Of a stretch of DNA of 64,000 nt, positions 47,588 to 58,441 are shown piece by piece. Location: the NCBI GenBank assembly GCA_965219995.1, contig CBDCOX010000002.1:4128001-4192000 (forward strand), read 5' to 3'. The notes beneath the pieces were generated by a model. The model saw nothing but the letters and a program-made list of their open reading frames with translations, searched no databases and had not been told where the DNA came from. The stretch is from Candidatus Latescibacterota bacterium (GTDB lineage: Bacteria; Latescibacterota; UBA2968; GCA-2709665). Made by a program: the position numbers and the translations under genes. Positions within the stretch are counted from its first letter, which is position 1. The number at the start of each line of letters is the position of its first letter.

Positions 47588-48099
47588 TTTGACCTCCTGT
47601 GTTATCCGAATCTGTCTGCATTGTGGGGAATCGTGTGGTGTAAATAGTAAATGTCCCGTGCTCCCGTCAAGGGGTTTGTCAGGCGAGCAGGTCGTTGAAT
47701 TCTACATAAGATCATATATGGACACTCCTCATAGTCTCAACAGCTTGGATTGTGTACCTCAAGCATGTAGCCCCTGAGCTTGACGAAGAGAGGCGAAACG
47801 CTGGCCTTTGGACGGACCGTATCGAGTGGCTCACCGTAAACGACGCATTGAGTCAGCATGTTTCGGCGGCCAGTTACAATCTATGCCCTTTAGGAATATA
47901 ATCTATGTCAACTATTCGCTTTTGTATTGAATAGGATTCGGATAGATTGAGACCGAATTTACTTTGGTAATACCCGTAACGTGAAGATTGCAACGCCTAC
48001 TCGAGGGGAACATGGTCAGGCGTGTTGGCAAGTTCAAAATACGGAATAGATGCAGCGCACCTGAAAAAGCAGTGAAAGAAACCCTGAAAGCCGTGCCGT

Positions 48100-48248
48100 G
48101 AGCCGCTCCCTGAGCATGCGGTGCCCTGAGCTTGTCGAAGGGTCGGCTAAAGGATGTGGAATGGCGCTGGAGATTGCAACATGAGCCCACGCCCGAAACG
48201 GTCGAAGTGAATCCCGCCGCGGGCATTTCGACAAGCTCAATGACCACG
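48100..48248. repeat. TTCGACAAGCTCA-type REP/MITE-like element, copy 2
   Basis: GAGCCGCTCCCTGAGCATGCGGTGCCCTGAGCTTGTCGAAGGG ... CGGGCATTTCGACAAGCTCAATGACCACG; reverse complement of the termini of 5542-5685 with a different middle. Confidence 0.8.
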
Positions 48249-48323
48249 CATTGACGTGGTCAGCGGATGGGGACATGATCCCTGTTCCCATTCCAGGTTG
48301 TACCACATTCACAGCGTCGTGAG

Positions 48324-51300
48324 GTGCGTAGATTGACCCGTGAAGTGGAAATTGAACTGGACCGGAAAGACGTTTGGCCCGCGGGGCGCGAATCCACGTT
48401 GCTGGGCGAGCTTGTCCGGATGGAAATTGCGAAGCATATCTGGGACAGCCGCCAGAGTTCCAAGCTGACCGGCTTCGAGTACGCCAAGCGCCGGGGAACG
48501 CGCAACATGATGGATCCCGCGAGACCGCGTCTGGACCGGCCCCGGGGGCGAACGCGTGTCTTCGCGCGCTGGACAGACGAGCTATTGTGGGTCTCCGTCA
48601 AATGCGAAGGGCGCAGCGACGGTGAAGACCGCATCGTCGTGGCGATCGCCCGGGGCGCAGACAGTCTGCTCCAGTTTGAATGTCGTTCCGACGGATCACT
48701 GCGGTTGCCTGATGGAGCGGGAGGGCCGACGTTCGAAGTTGAGCAGAGCCGGAATGGATGGTCGGCGCGCCTGACGGTACCCTGGGCGATGCTCGGCGTA
48801 CGTCCACGGCCCGGGCTGCAACTTCCCGTTAACGTCGCGCGGTTCACGGAATGGACGGACGTGGCTCCGCCCGCGATGTTGCCCGACGGATTCCTGGTCA
48901 ACGGATTCACTCGCATCCGGCCGGGGCTGGAAGTGAGCACCATGAGCCGGGCGGTGAGGTGTCCAACCGTGGGGGACCCGCTTCGGGCCGACAGGCTGGG
49001 CCGCCTGGTGCTGAGCCCGCGGCTGAAAATCGAAAACTTGAGCCTGATCGACGGTGGCCTCACGAAGAAAGAACTCAGATTGGAAATGAACCCGTCGGGG
49101 GCCCCGTCTGAAACGCTCGACGTACGCGTCGCGCTTTGCGATCCGTACGGACGCGAGACGGTATTCGTGGACCGGTCCCTGGGTGAGGGCGAGATGAGGA
49201 TTGGACTGGATTATCTGTTCGGCGCGTTCAGGGGCTTTCTGTATCCATACCGCCTCGCGGTGCAGGTATCCGATCCGGAGACCGGCGCCATTCTGGCGGA
49301 GTCGCAATGCGAGTTCATGCCGCCCCGGCGAGTCCGCCTGGACCCGCTGAGACTGGGCAACGATCAGCGCGGCCGTGGCCGATTCCGGATGGCCGGGGAA
49401 GGCCTGGCAGGTACAGAGTGGCAGGCGACGCTGGTGAACGACGCTGGCGAGGCGCTGGACAGGGGCAGCGTTCTGGCCGAATCGAACGAGGCGACGTTTG
49501 ACGTGGCCATTGGCGAAGTGCCCAGAGGGCGGTACAGGCTGCGGCTGACCCCGATGGGGTCGAACCCGGACTTCCACCTGGAATGCCCCTGTAACGTGAT
49601 GGGTGCGAGGCCCAATCCCCTCGTGCTGCTGGGCCCGGAGGACATCGCCCGTCTGCGAAATCAGGTGAAACAAGGGGGCCTGAAACCCCATTATGAGACG
49701 ATGAAAGCCGGCGTTGACGAGATACTTGAACGGGGTACCATCCTGGAGCGCAGCCTCACGTTCGAGGGGACCGAGATCCGCGAGGTCTCGATCGACGCCC
49801 TGCTCGCCGGAGACGACCTGCTGATGCAGGGTCACCCTGAGGATACGCTGTTTCAGCGGGACCCCCACCAGCTGATGGCCTCGGCGCTCGTGTATCTGAT
49901 CGAACGGGACGACCGGTACGGCCTGCTTGCGGAAAAAATGGTGCGGGTGCTTGTCGACCACGTTCTCTGGGGAGACCCGAGGGTATACGGGGCGGACGCG
50001 GACCTGATGTGGAAGGCGATGTACTGTGCATTGGCAATGGACTGGCTGGGTGACCTCATCGCACCGGATGCGCGCGTGGCGCTCACGGATCGCCTGGTCG
50101 AGAACGGGTTGCTCGTGTACCTTTGGGCGATGGAGAACGATCAGGCCTACTGGAAGGGACGGATCGCGAATCTAACGCCGATATCGGATAGTGTGGCATC
50201 GGCGCTGGCTCTTTGCCTTCGGGACGAAACGGTGGACGGGGACGCGGTGCTTCGAATCGCCAGAGAGGATATCGGAACGCCGGTACGCGCGTTTCCGCCG
50301 GACGGCTCGTGGCCCGAATCCGTCAACTACTGGGCGGTCTTCCTGCGAGGGATCATCCTGCACGGCGCGGCGTTGGAGTCCGTAACAGGTACCGACGACG
50401 GGGTATTCTCGCTGCCAGGCATGAAGGATACCGGGTATTTTCCGATATATTTCACGCCCAGGGGCGTGCCGGCGGGGTTCAACGACGGGATGAATAGCGG
50501 GGCGGCCCCCTTCCTCCACCTGCTGGCGCGACGGTTTGACGAGCCTCTGTTTTCCCTGTATGCCGACGTTTACGGCGGGGAAGGCGAAAACAGACGGTCC
50601 GACTGGTATACGGTCATGTGGCGTTCTCACGATATCCCCTATCAGCCCCCCGCTCCGTGCACTGAGGCGGGCGACAGGCCGGCGCCCCCGGCGTTGGGAT
50701 CGAGGATGACGGGGTTGAAGCGGCTTCAGGTGTACGAGGAGATCCGGTGGGCGGCGCTCTCGTCGGATTGGCCCGATCCGGAACTGTACGTGTCGTTCAA
50801 GAGCGGATACGCCGCGCCCGGTTTCGGCCATACGAGCAGGGACCTGAACGCCATCCAGGTGGTGGCCGGAGGAGAACCGCTGATCCGCCGCAGCCATGAC
50901 TACAGTACGCCGCCGGAGGGATACAGCACCACGCTGATTGACGGCAAGCCGCAGGGTCCCGGAACGGGGACGTTTCTTTATTGGGACGAGGCTGTCAGGC
51001 ACCTCGCGATTGCGGCGGAAGCGGACGGGTCGTTCGGCGAGGAAATCCGAAGGGTCCGGCGCCACATTGTCATGGTGGACGGCCGATACCTGGTTGTGCT
51101 GGACGAAGTGAGGAGTGACAGGCCGGTCCGGGTGACGTTCATGGCGCATACGGCTGGTGAGATCCTCATCGCGGGCCGGGGTTGCGAAATCAGGGGAAAG
51201 AAGACGCGGCTGTCTCTGACGTTCGCGAGATCGGATGTGGCGCCGGGCCGCGTCGCGTCGCCGGAGTGCGTGATGACGCAACTCACCGACGTGGCGCTGC

Positions 51301-51491
51301 ACGCGACCACCGAAGCGGGCCGAAATGTCGAACTGATAACCCTGATCTGGCCTGAAACCCATGATGCGGGGGCGCCCGCTTGCAAATGGGACGGCGAACG
51401 GCTGGTCGTCCATCGACCGGACGGCGTAAGGGACGATCTGGTATTCGAACGGAAGGATTCCGATTTGCAATTTCTGCGCATCGACGCATAA
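48324..51491 (+). CDS. Large heparinase II/III-like (alginate/heparin lyase fold) protein with N-terminal sugar-binding-like domain
   Basis: DGSWPESVNYW, FNDG, GHTSRDLN, STTLIDG, RRHIVMVDGRYLVVLDEV; N-terminal W.A.L.VPW CBM9/DOMON-like motif. Confidence 0.7.
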   Translation: MRRLTREVEIELDRKDVWPAGRESTLLGELVRMEIAKHIWDSRQSSKLTGFEYAKRRGTRNMMDPARPRLDRPRGRTRVFARWTDELLWVSVKCEGRSDGEDRIVVAIARGADSLLQFECRSDGSLRLPDGAGGPTFEVEQSRNGWSARLTVPWAMLGVRPRPGLQLPVNVARFTEWTDVAPPAMLPDGFLVNGFTRIRPGLEVSTMSRAVRCPTVGDPLRADRLGRLVLSPRLKIENLSLIDGGLTKKELRLEMNPSGAPSETLDVRVALCDPYGRETVFVDRSLGEGEMRIGLDYLFGAFRGFLYPYRLAVQVSDPETGAILAESQCEFMPPRRVRLDPLRLGNDQRGRGRFRMAGEGLAGTEWQATLVNDAGEALDRGSVLAESNEATFDVAIGEVPRGRYRLRLTPMGSNPDFHLECPCNVMGARPNPLVLLGPEDIARLRNQVKQGGLKPHYETMKAGVDEILERGTILERSLTFEGTEIREVSIDALLAGDDLLMQGHPEDTLFQRDPHQLMASALVYLIERDDRYGLLAEKMVRVLVDHVLWGDPRVYGADADLMWKAMYCALAMDWLGDLIAPDARVALTDRLVENGLLVYLWAMENDQAYWKGRIANLTPISDSVASALALCLRDETVDGDAVLRIAREDIGTPVRAFPPDGSWPESVNYWAVFLRGIILHGAALESVTGTDDGVFSLPGMKDTGYFPIYFTPRGVPAGFNDGMNSGAAPFLHLLARRFDEPLFSLYADVYGGEGENRRSDWYTVMWRSHDIPYQPPAPCTEAGDRPAPPALGSRMTGLKRLQVYEEIRWAALSSDWPDPELYVSFKSGYAAPGFGHTSRDLNAIQVVAGGEPLIRRSHDYSTPPEGYSTTLIDGKPQGPGTGTFLYWDEAVRHLAIAAEADGSFGEEIRRVRRHIVMVDGRYLVVLDEVRSDRPVRVTFMAHTAGEILIAGRGCEIRGKKTRLSLTFARSDVAPGRVASPECVMTQLTDVALHATTEAGRNVELITLIWPETHDAGAPACKWDGERLVVHRPDGVRDDLVFERKDSDLQFLRIDA

Positions 51492-51548
51492 ACGTCCCGT
51501 GGCGCGTCTCGCGCCTATTGGATCCACAAGTGACGGAAAGGACGACAA

Positions 51549-53777
51549 ATGCAGACAGCGAAAATCACCTGGACGAAGATCGACGAGGCGCCCGCGCTGG
51601 CCACGTGCGCGTTACTGCCGATCATCCAGTCGTACACCCGGGGGTCCGGCATTGAAGTCGTACTCAGCGACATCTCTCTTGCCGGCAGGATCGTCGCCAA
51701 CTTCCCCGAAAACCTCTCCGAAGCACAGCGGATTCCGGATTGCCTTGGCGAACTGGGCGACCTGGCCAGGAAACCTGAGGCCAATATTCTCAAGCTGCCC
51801 AACATCAGCGCCACGGTCCCGCAGCTGAAGGCGGCAATCGAGGAACTGCAGGCCAAGGGATACGATATTCCCGAGTACCCTGACGAGCCCCGGAACGATG
51901 CCGAAAAAGCGCTGCAGGCCCGCTTTTCCGCGGTACTCGGTTCCGCGGTCAATCCGGTTCTGCGTGAGGGGAATTCGGACCGGCGCGCCGCAACCTCGGT
52001 CAAGGAGTTCTCTCGAAAACATCCCCACAGGATGATGCGGCCGTGGCCGGCGTCGGGGTCCAGGGCACTGGTTGCCCACATGACGGACGGGGATTTCTTC
52101 GGGAGTGAGAAATCCACCACCGTGAGCGCGGCGACCAGCGTGCGGATCGAGTTCGCGGACCCGGCGGGGCAGGTCACCGTGCTCAAGGATGGGATCGCCC
52201 TGGAAGCCGGCGAAGTGGTCGACACCGCGGTGATGAACGTGAAGGCCCTCCGGCGGTTCTTTTCGGATCAGATGGACGCCGCGAGGCGGGACGGGGCGGT
52301 GCTGTCGCTGCATCTCAAATCAACGATGATGAAGGTCTCCGACCCGATTATGTTCGGCCACTGTGTCTCGGTCTACTTTCAGGAGGCGTTGGAAAAACAC
52401 GCCGACACACTGGAATCAATCGGCGCCGATCCCAAATACGGCCTTGCCGACGTGCTGGCAAGGCTCGAGCGCCTGCCGGCAGACGTAAAGGCCGGTATCG
52501 AGGCAGATATCTCCGCTGTTTACGACAGCCGACCCGGCCTGGCGATGGTCGATTCCGATCGCGGCATCACCAATCTCCATATGCCGAACGACGTCATTAT
52601 CGATGCCTCGATGCCCAACGTGGTCCGCGACGGCGGCAAAATGTGGAACCGGGACGGCGAACTGCAGGATACGATCGCCCTGGTGCCGGACCGGTGCTAT
52701 GCGACCATGTATAAGGAGATTCTGGAAGACGCGAAGGCGCGGGGGCAGTTCGATCCCGCTACGATGGGAAGCGTGTCAAACGTGGGTCTGATGGCGCAGA
52801 AGGCCGAGGAATACGGGTCCCACGACAAGACCTTCGAAGCCCGCGGCGCCGGAGAGATTCGGGTTGTCGACCCGGCCGGGAACGTGCTGATGGGACAGAG
52901 GGTCGAGACCGGAGACATCTTCCGGATGTGCCAGACCAGGGACGCCGCGATCAGGGACTGGGTCGGCCTGGCAATAAGGCGGGCGAGCGCCAGCGCCGCG
53001 CCGGTGGTGTTCTGGCTGGATGAGCGAAGGGCGCACGATGCCGAAATTATCGGAAAGCTGAACGTCTATCTGAAGGAACACGACGTGGTGGATCTGGACG
53101 TCCGCGTGATGAAGCCGCAGGACGCAATGCGGTTTTCCCTGCAACGGATACGGCGTGGGGAAGATACGATTGCGGCGACGGGCAACGTGCTGCGTGACTA
53201 TCTGACGGATCTCTTCCCCATACTGGAGCTCGGAACCAGCGCGAGGATGCTGTCAATCGTCCGGCTGATGAACGGCGGGGGGTTGTTCGAAACCGGAGCG
53301 GGCGGATCGGCGCCCAAGCACGTCCAGCAGTTCCTGCGAGAGGGCCATTTGAGGTGGGACTCGCTGGGCGAATACTGCGCCCTCGTGCCCTCGTTTCGTC
53401 TGATCGCCGAAACCGCCGCGAACGCAAAGGCCACCGTGTTCGCGGATACGCTGGACCGGGCGATTACGAAATACCTGGAGCACTCGCGGTCGCCGTCTCG
53501 CAAGGTAAATGAAATCGACAACCGGGGCAGCACCTTCTATCTCGCCATGTACTGGGCGCAGGCACTCGCGGAACAGGACGGCGACGCGGCACTCAAGGCG
53601 CGGTTCGGGGAAATTGCGGGAAAGCTGGAGGAGAATGAGGACAGGATTACGGCGGAACTGCTTGCCGCTCAAGGTGCGCCGGTAGATATCGGCGGCTACT
53701 ACGTGCCAGACCCGGAATTGACCGGCCGGGCCATGCGCCCCAGTCACACCTTCAATGCCATCATAGCCGCCGGGTAA
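51549..53777 (+). CDS. icd: Monomeric NADP-dependent isocitrate dehydrogenase
   Basis: [77 protein letters not shown]. Confidence 0.97.
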   Translation: MQTAKITWTKIDEAPALATCALLPIIQSYTRGSGIEVVLSDISLAGRIVANFPENLSEAQRIPDCLGELGDLARKPEANILKLPNISATVPQLKAAIEELQAKGYDIPEYPDEPRNDAEKALQARFSAVLGSAVNPVLREGNSDRRAATSVKEFSRKHPHRMMRPWPASGSRALVAHMTDGDFFGSEKSTTVSAATSVRIEFADPAGQVTVLKDGIALEAGEVVDTAVMNVKALRRFFSDQMDAARRDGAVLSLHLKSTMMKVSDPIMFGHCVSVYFQEALEKHADTLESIGADPKYGLADVLARLERLPADVKAGIEADISAVYDSRPGLAMVDSDRGITNLHMPNDVIIDASMPNVVRDGGKMWNRDGELQDTIALVPDRCYATMYKEILEDAKARGQFDPATMGSVSNVGLMAQKAEEYGSHDKTFEARGAGEIRVVDPAGNVLMGQRVETGDIFRMCQTRDAAIRDWVGLAIRRASASAAPVVFWLDERRAHDAEIIGKLNVYLKEHDVVDLDVRVMKPQDAMRFSLQRIRRGEDTIAATGNVLRDYLTDLFPILELGTSARMLSIVRLMNGGGLFETGAGGSAPKHVQQFLREGHLRWDSLGEYCALVPSFRLIAETAANAKATVFADTLDRAITKYLEHSRSPSRKVNEIDNRGSTFYLAMYWAQALAEQDGDAALKARFGEIAGKLEENEDRITAELLAAQGAPVDIGGYYVPDPELTGRAMRPSHTFNAIIAAG

Positions 53778-55257
53778 ACTGCGACCTGAGCGGCCTGCGC
53801 TGGCTCTGAAGGGCAGGATCGACGGGGTCCGGCGCACCCGCCCCGTTTTTTCCCTCGTACACCTTTGCGGCGCTCAGCGCCTCCTGGAAGGCGGCCAGCG
53901 GCTGATCGGCGCCGGGGTACCGGTCGGCGTGCGTGGCGCCGTTTTCCAGCTTGAGTACGCCCCGCGGGCAGACGGCCGAACAAATGCCGCATCCCACGCA
54001 GGAAGCGCGTACGATGTTTTCGCCGCGCTGGGCGTACGCCCTGACGTCGATGCCCATCTCACAATAGGTGGAGCAGTTGCCGCAGGACATGCATTGGCCG
54101 CCGTTGGTGGTGATTCGGAAACGGGAGAAGAACCGCTGGAAGATGCCCAGAATCGCGGCCATGGGGCAGCCGAAGCGGCACCAGACCCGGCTTCCCATCA
54201 GCGGATAGAATCCCACGCCGATGACGCCTGAGAACAGGGCGCCGATGTAGAAACCGTACGCGCTGGCCATCGGACCCGACAGACGGCCGAAGACGCGGCC
54301 CTCGGTGGCGGAGTTGACCCAGAGCGCGATGGTGGTTACGGTGATGAAGATGAGGACCGAGTAGATGATGCCCCTTTCGATCCTCCAGGAACGCGTCGTC
54401 TTGCTGGACAGCTGGCGAAAGGGATCGCCCAGGGTCTCGGCGAGGCCGCCGCAACCGCAGACCCATGAGCAGTACCAGCGTTTTCCGTAAAAGTACGTGA
54501 GCACGGGCGTGGCGATGAAGGTGGCCACGGCGCCCCAGAAGACCATGAAGACGCCGAGTGCGCCGGGATGGCCGGTCAGACTGCCCACGGTGGATGGAAA
54601 CAGGTAGTCGTATTTAAGCGGCCAGAAGTATGTGAAATAGAACTCGGGTTGGTTGAAGCTCTTGAGCAGTTGCGGAAGGAGAAAGGCGAAGCCGAGCTGG
54701 ATGAACATCACGGACGCGGTGCGGATGATCTGGTAGCGGTTATGCCGGTACTTCATGAACATGCGGACGCCGAACACGAGAATGGCGAGCGTATACAGGA
54801 AACCGTAGAAGAACCAGCGATCGGCAGGACCTCCGGCCAGCGCATGGGAAAGCGGGTCCACCAGCCGGACCCCGCGCTCCAGGTACTCGGGCCACCAGTA
54901 GAGCACGACGTAGAACCCGGTGATGAAAATGCCGAGGCCCCATCCGATGAGTCCCAGATGGGTCGTGCTGCCGAACATGATGCCGTCGTGCTTGATCCCC
55001 GGGACGGTGTTCCTGTAGGCGAACCAGAAATACGCGGCCGATCCCAGCACAATAAGACCGAAGCTGAGCAATATGCCCGCCCAGGTGCCTGAGAGCGGAC
55101 CGAGCAGGGTAACGAGGAGGGCCAGGAAGCCGAGCGCGACGGCTGTAATGGAGGTCCTTTCCGGCCAGGATGCCGCTGGCGCCGGCTGCGCGGGAGGCTC
55201 CTCGAAGCCCAGCGTTTCCTCGTCGAAGTCGAAGTCGAGGGTGGCGGTATCGATCAT
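53761..55257 (-). CDS. Membrane-bound 4Fe-4S binding protein (polyferredoxin-like)
   Basis: TM helices, [17 protein letters not shown], two CxxCxxCxxxC motifs; ATGA overlap with the upstream gene. Confidence 0.88.
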   Translation of the reverse strand: MIDTATLDFDFDEETLGFEEPPAQPAPAASWPERTSITAVALGFLALLVTLLGPLSGTWAGILLSFGLIVLGSAAYFWFAYRNTVPGIKHDGIMFGSTTHLGLIGWGLGIFITGFYVVLYWWPEYLERGVRLVDPLSHALAGGPADRWFFYGFLYTLAILVFGVRMFMKYRHNRYQIIRTASVMFIQLGFAFLLPQLLKSFNQPEFYFTYFWPLKYDYLFPSTVGSLTGHPGALGVFMVFWGAVATFIATPVLTYFYGKRWYCSWVCGCGGLAETLGDPFRQLSSKTTRSWRIERGIIYSVLIFITVTTIALWVNSATEGRVFGRLSGPMASAYGFYIGALFSGVIGVGFYPLMGSRVWCRFGCPMAAILGIFQRFFSRFRITTNGGQCMSCGNCSTYCEMGIDVRAYAQRGENIVRASCVGCGICSAVCPRGVLKLENGATHADRYPGADQPLAAFQEALSAAKVYEGKNGAGAPDPVDPALQSQRRPLRSQFTRRL

Positions 55258-56522
55258 GACGTTTGCTCCCTGAGGGCGGGTACGATTTCGGATTCGTGCC
55301 TGTCGAAGAACTCGGGATCGAAGTTGGCCTCCGCCAGGTGGTCGAGGACGAATTCGACCGGGCGCTGTTCCGAGATCCATCGTTCGCACACGTCGTGGCG
55401 GTAGCGGATGCCCATGAGGTTGACACCGATCACGCCCTCTTCGGTGTAGACGATACGTACGGACTGCAGCTGTGCCGGGTGTCGCCAGAACAGGTTCCTC
55501 TCGCCCGGCACGTTGAGGTTGACGCGGCCGTATACCTGGTATTCGAGGTCCAGGAACTTGGCTGAATTGTACCAGATGCCCGGATCGTAAGTGCGGTCTT
55601 CTCCCGCGAGGACGTCGCCCGCGACCTCGCCCTGTTTCTTGCCGGTGTACCAGACCTGCTGGAGCAGGTTCCGCTCGCCCCCGGTGACGATCTCGGCACA
55701 GTCGCCGGCAGCGTAGATGTCCTGAACACTTGTCCGGAAACCGTGATCGACAAGAACGCCTCTTCCGGTTGCGATTTCGGAGTCCCTGACCAGATCGATA
55801 TTCGGAGAAACGCCGGCGGTCAGGCCCACGAACTGGCATTCCAGGCGCTCGCCGTCTTCGGTGACAACGCCGCTGGCTCTGCCGTTTCCGTCGTCCAGAA
55901 TCTCCTTGAGGCTGGTCTTGAGTTTCAGGCCGATGCCCTGTTCCCGGATGATCTCGTTGATCATTCCGGACTCTTCCATCGGGAGGATGTTGCTCCAGTA
56001 CGACGGTTCGCGCACCAGAAAGGTCACGTGAATGTTGCGCGAATGCAGCATTTCGGCGAGTTCGATGCCGATGAGGCCGCCGCCGACGATAACGGCATGG
56101 CGGGTTCCGTTGGCATTATCGTAGAGGCTTCGGAGGTCCTGCAGGGAATAGAGACCCTGGACGCCTTTGAGGTCCTGTCCCGGCCAGCCGAATTTGTTGG
56201 ATTTCGAGCCGGTGGCGATGAGCAGCTTGTCGAAGTGGAAATCACCGCCCCGGTGGAGGGTAAGGCATTTCCGGGCGGCGTCGATCCCGGTGACCCAGTC
56301 GCGGCGCAGATCGAGCCGGTTGATGGACCAGAAGTCGTCTTCGAAGGGTTTGGTGCCCTGGTAGGTCATGTGGCCCATGAAGACGTACATCAGGGCGGGC
56401 CGCGAATAGTGGTATTCGGATTCCCCGGAGATGAGCGTGATGCGCCAGTCGGGCTGTTTGCGCCGCAGTTGGATCGCCGCGGTCACGCCGGTGACGCCGT
56501 TGCCGATGATGGCGACGTGCAC
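55254..56522 (-). CDS. FAD/NAD(P)-dependent pyridine nucleotide-disulfide oxidoreductase
   Basis: IIGNGVTG, YSRPAL, LLIATGS, VGGGLIGIE, YAAGDCAE; GTG start after GGAGG. Confidence 0.9.
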   Translation of the reverse strand: MHVAIIGNGVTGVTAAIQLRRKQPDWRITLISGESEYHYSRPALMYVFMGHMTYQGTKPFEDDFWSINRLDLRRDWVTGIDAARKCLTLHRGGDFHFDKLLIATGSKSNKFGWPGQDLKGVQGLYSLQDLRSLYDNANGTRHAVIVGGGLIGIELAEMLHSRNIHVTFLVREPSYWSNILPMEESGMINEIIREQGIGLKLKTSLKEILDDGNGRASGVVTEDGERLECQFVGLTAGVSPNIDLVRDSEIATGRGVLVDHGFRTSVQDIYAAGDCAEIVTGGERNLLQQVWYTGKKQGEVAGDVLAGEDRTYDPGIWYNSAKFLDLEYQVYGRVNLNVPGERNLFWRHPAQLQSVRIVYTEEGVIGVNLMGIRYRHDVCERWISEQRPVEFVLDHLAEANFDPEFFDRHESEIVPALREQTS

Positions 56523-56820
56523 GAAGGTTCCTCCCTGGTTCTCCACGTGACGACGGAGGTTGGTTACGTGCTGATTCGGCCCGTCGACCGGGGATCCGGG
56601 GTGATCTGTCGGAAAACCGGACGCGCGGGACCGGACCGAAATTAACCAATACGACCTGAAAGTCAAGAGCGTATGCTGCCGTCGATTCGCAGGGCGGCCT
56701 TGTAAATTCCGCCGGCGTCCCTCGATTAGCTGACGAACCCGGCCGGGTACGGGTTCCATAAACCTTGGTGCGGGCGTCCGTGCAGGTCTTCCGCGGCAGC
56801 AGGGGCTTTATCAACGGGCT

Positions 56821-57113
56821 GTTAGGACGGTAGATGAAATCGGTGAGACGTTAGACGGTAGTTGAAGGCGGTGAGACGGTAGAGGTGAGACGGTAGATGA
56901 TGACGTTACCACAGTGTTTTCACGCTAACCGTGCCTGTTTCTTTACCGGCTATGGTAACGACGAGAAAAACCGTAGGGCACTCATGTCATCTCACGTCTC
57001 ACGGCTTACGTCTACCCGCCTTTAGGGAATTTGGGGAAAAGGGGATTTTGAATTTGAAGCTGATTTTTGTCTTCGCTTCAAACTGACCGCTGATCGCTGA
57101 CTGCTAATCGCTG
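56821..57113. repeat. Heptamer-armed repeat element, copy G (core 1 + core 3 + GCTGA heptamers)
   Basis: GGTGAGACGTTAGACGG...ACCACAGTGTTTTCACGCTAACCGTGCCTG...CATCTCACGTCTCACGG...GCTGATCGCTGACTGCTAATCGCTG; inverted homolog of copy H. Confidence 0.88.
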
Positions 57114-58321
57114 TTCTTTCCCTTTGCATCGGCAAGATCGTATACCCTGAATGCGCCCCAGTGCACGATCGACGTGGGTACCTCCTGCGCCTCGATTCCA
57201 AGGCGCTTCTGCATCAGGCTTCGCCTCGCCCTCACGTCTCCCGGATGGAGCGTGATGGTATCGATACCCTTATCCGGAAGGTTGGCGAAGGAAAACAGTT
57301 CGGACCCGCCGTGGGTCATCGGTTCGTCATCGATCCGGAGACGGACCGTTCCGATTCGGGTATCCCACTCGATCCTGAATCGGTAGACTTTCCCGTCCGC
57401 GACGTCCACGACCTGATCGAATTGGGTGATGCCTTCGGCGGTGCAGATGATTATCTTGCCCCGTAGCAACCCGAACTGGATGTTTCCGTACTTGATGATC
57501 CCCTGGTTTTCTTCCAGGATGAGGCAGGACTCCAGCGCGGAGTCGGCAGGCTTCATTTCGAACTCGACGGCGCCGGCGTTCAGTTGAGGAATGCGGACCT
57601 TGACATAGCCGTACTTCGTGGCGGTCTCTAGCCACCGGTGGTCCACCGGGCGCATGACGGTCTCGCAGACGTTGTCGTCCGGCATGCCGTCCGGCGGGGG
57701 AGCAACCGGCGCCCAGTGCAGCGGGAAGGTCTCCCTGAAAACAGCGGTACCACCGTTGTGCTCGGTATACTCCCGCAGACGGATGAGGCTGCCCGCTCCA
57801 GCATTCTCCGTCACCAGTTCCATGCTGGCGATTTCCCCGATGTCCCGTCCCAGGCACTCGATGACCTCGACCGGTGTGTTTTCATCCACGGAGAACCGGA
57901 GGCGTCCCGCTCCGAATTCGAATCCGCCGAAGGTCACGCGATGTTCGTCCGACGGCACAACGTAGGGTGGGCGAATGGCCGGATCGGCGTAGGGTCTGCC
58001 GTAGTGGAAGGTCAGGGATTCGCCGGAGTCGACGGTTCCACGTTCTCCTGTCAGGTGAATCCGGCCGTCGACGTCGATCCGGCAGTCCAGCGCCATCCGG
58101 TTGTCGGCGTCGTAGAAACGGATGCGATAGCTCTTACCGAGGGCGACCCGAAGCCTGAGAGCGACTGCATCCTCCGGGCGCCGGATGGGATTCTCGATTC
58201 GCCGGGAGCATCGCGCCGGGCCTCGCGAGCCGTCTATCGTGAGGTAGCCGTCCTCTCCGAAGATATAGGCGCCTCCCTCGCCGCGATCGTGCCAGCAGAA
58301 GTCCTGTGAGGCAATCAGCAT
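57104..58321 (-). CDS. Hypothetical protein (about 405 aa, beta-rich, concanavalin-like fold possible)
   Basis: GAGGA RBS before MLIASQDF; the further N-terminal extension in the ORF track is antisense to the heparinase gene. Confidence 0.65.
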   Translation of the reverse strand: MLIASQDFCWHDRGEGGAYIFGEDGYLTIDGSRGPARCSRRIENPIRRPEDAVALRLRVALGKSYRIRFYDADNRMALDCRIDVDGRIHLTGERGTVDSGESLTFHYGRPYADPAIRPPYVVPSDEHRVTFGGFEFGAGRLRFSVDENTPVEVIECLGRDIGEIASMELVTENAGAGSLIRLREYTEHNGGTAVFRETFPLHWAPVAPPPDGMPDDNVCETVMRPVDHRWLETATKYGYVKVRIPQLNAGAVEFEMKPADSALESCLILEENQGIIKYGNIQFGLLRGKIIICTAEGITQFDQVVDVADGKVYRFRIEWDTRIGTVRLRIDDEPMTHGGSELFSFANLPDKGIDTITLHPGDVRARRSLMQKRLGIEAQEVPTSIVHWGAFRVYDLADAKGKNSD

Positions 58322-58441
58322 GGATTCCTCTCCGGGTCGGTGGAGATTCGAGGTCAATCTTTCCAGGCGAAAATAGGGCGCAGGAGCAGGACGATCAAGG
58401 AGGATTGTTCCGGCGCCGGAACAGCGTGAGGAGGGACCGAC

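Noticed and set aside
47912-48013. Minus-strand peptide ending VTGITKVNSVSIYPNP, reminiscent of a T9SS C-terminal sorting motif
   Set aside because: Only ~33 codons, stops right after the motif and has no upstream domain; likely chance
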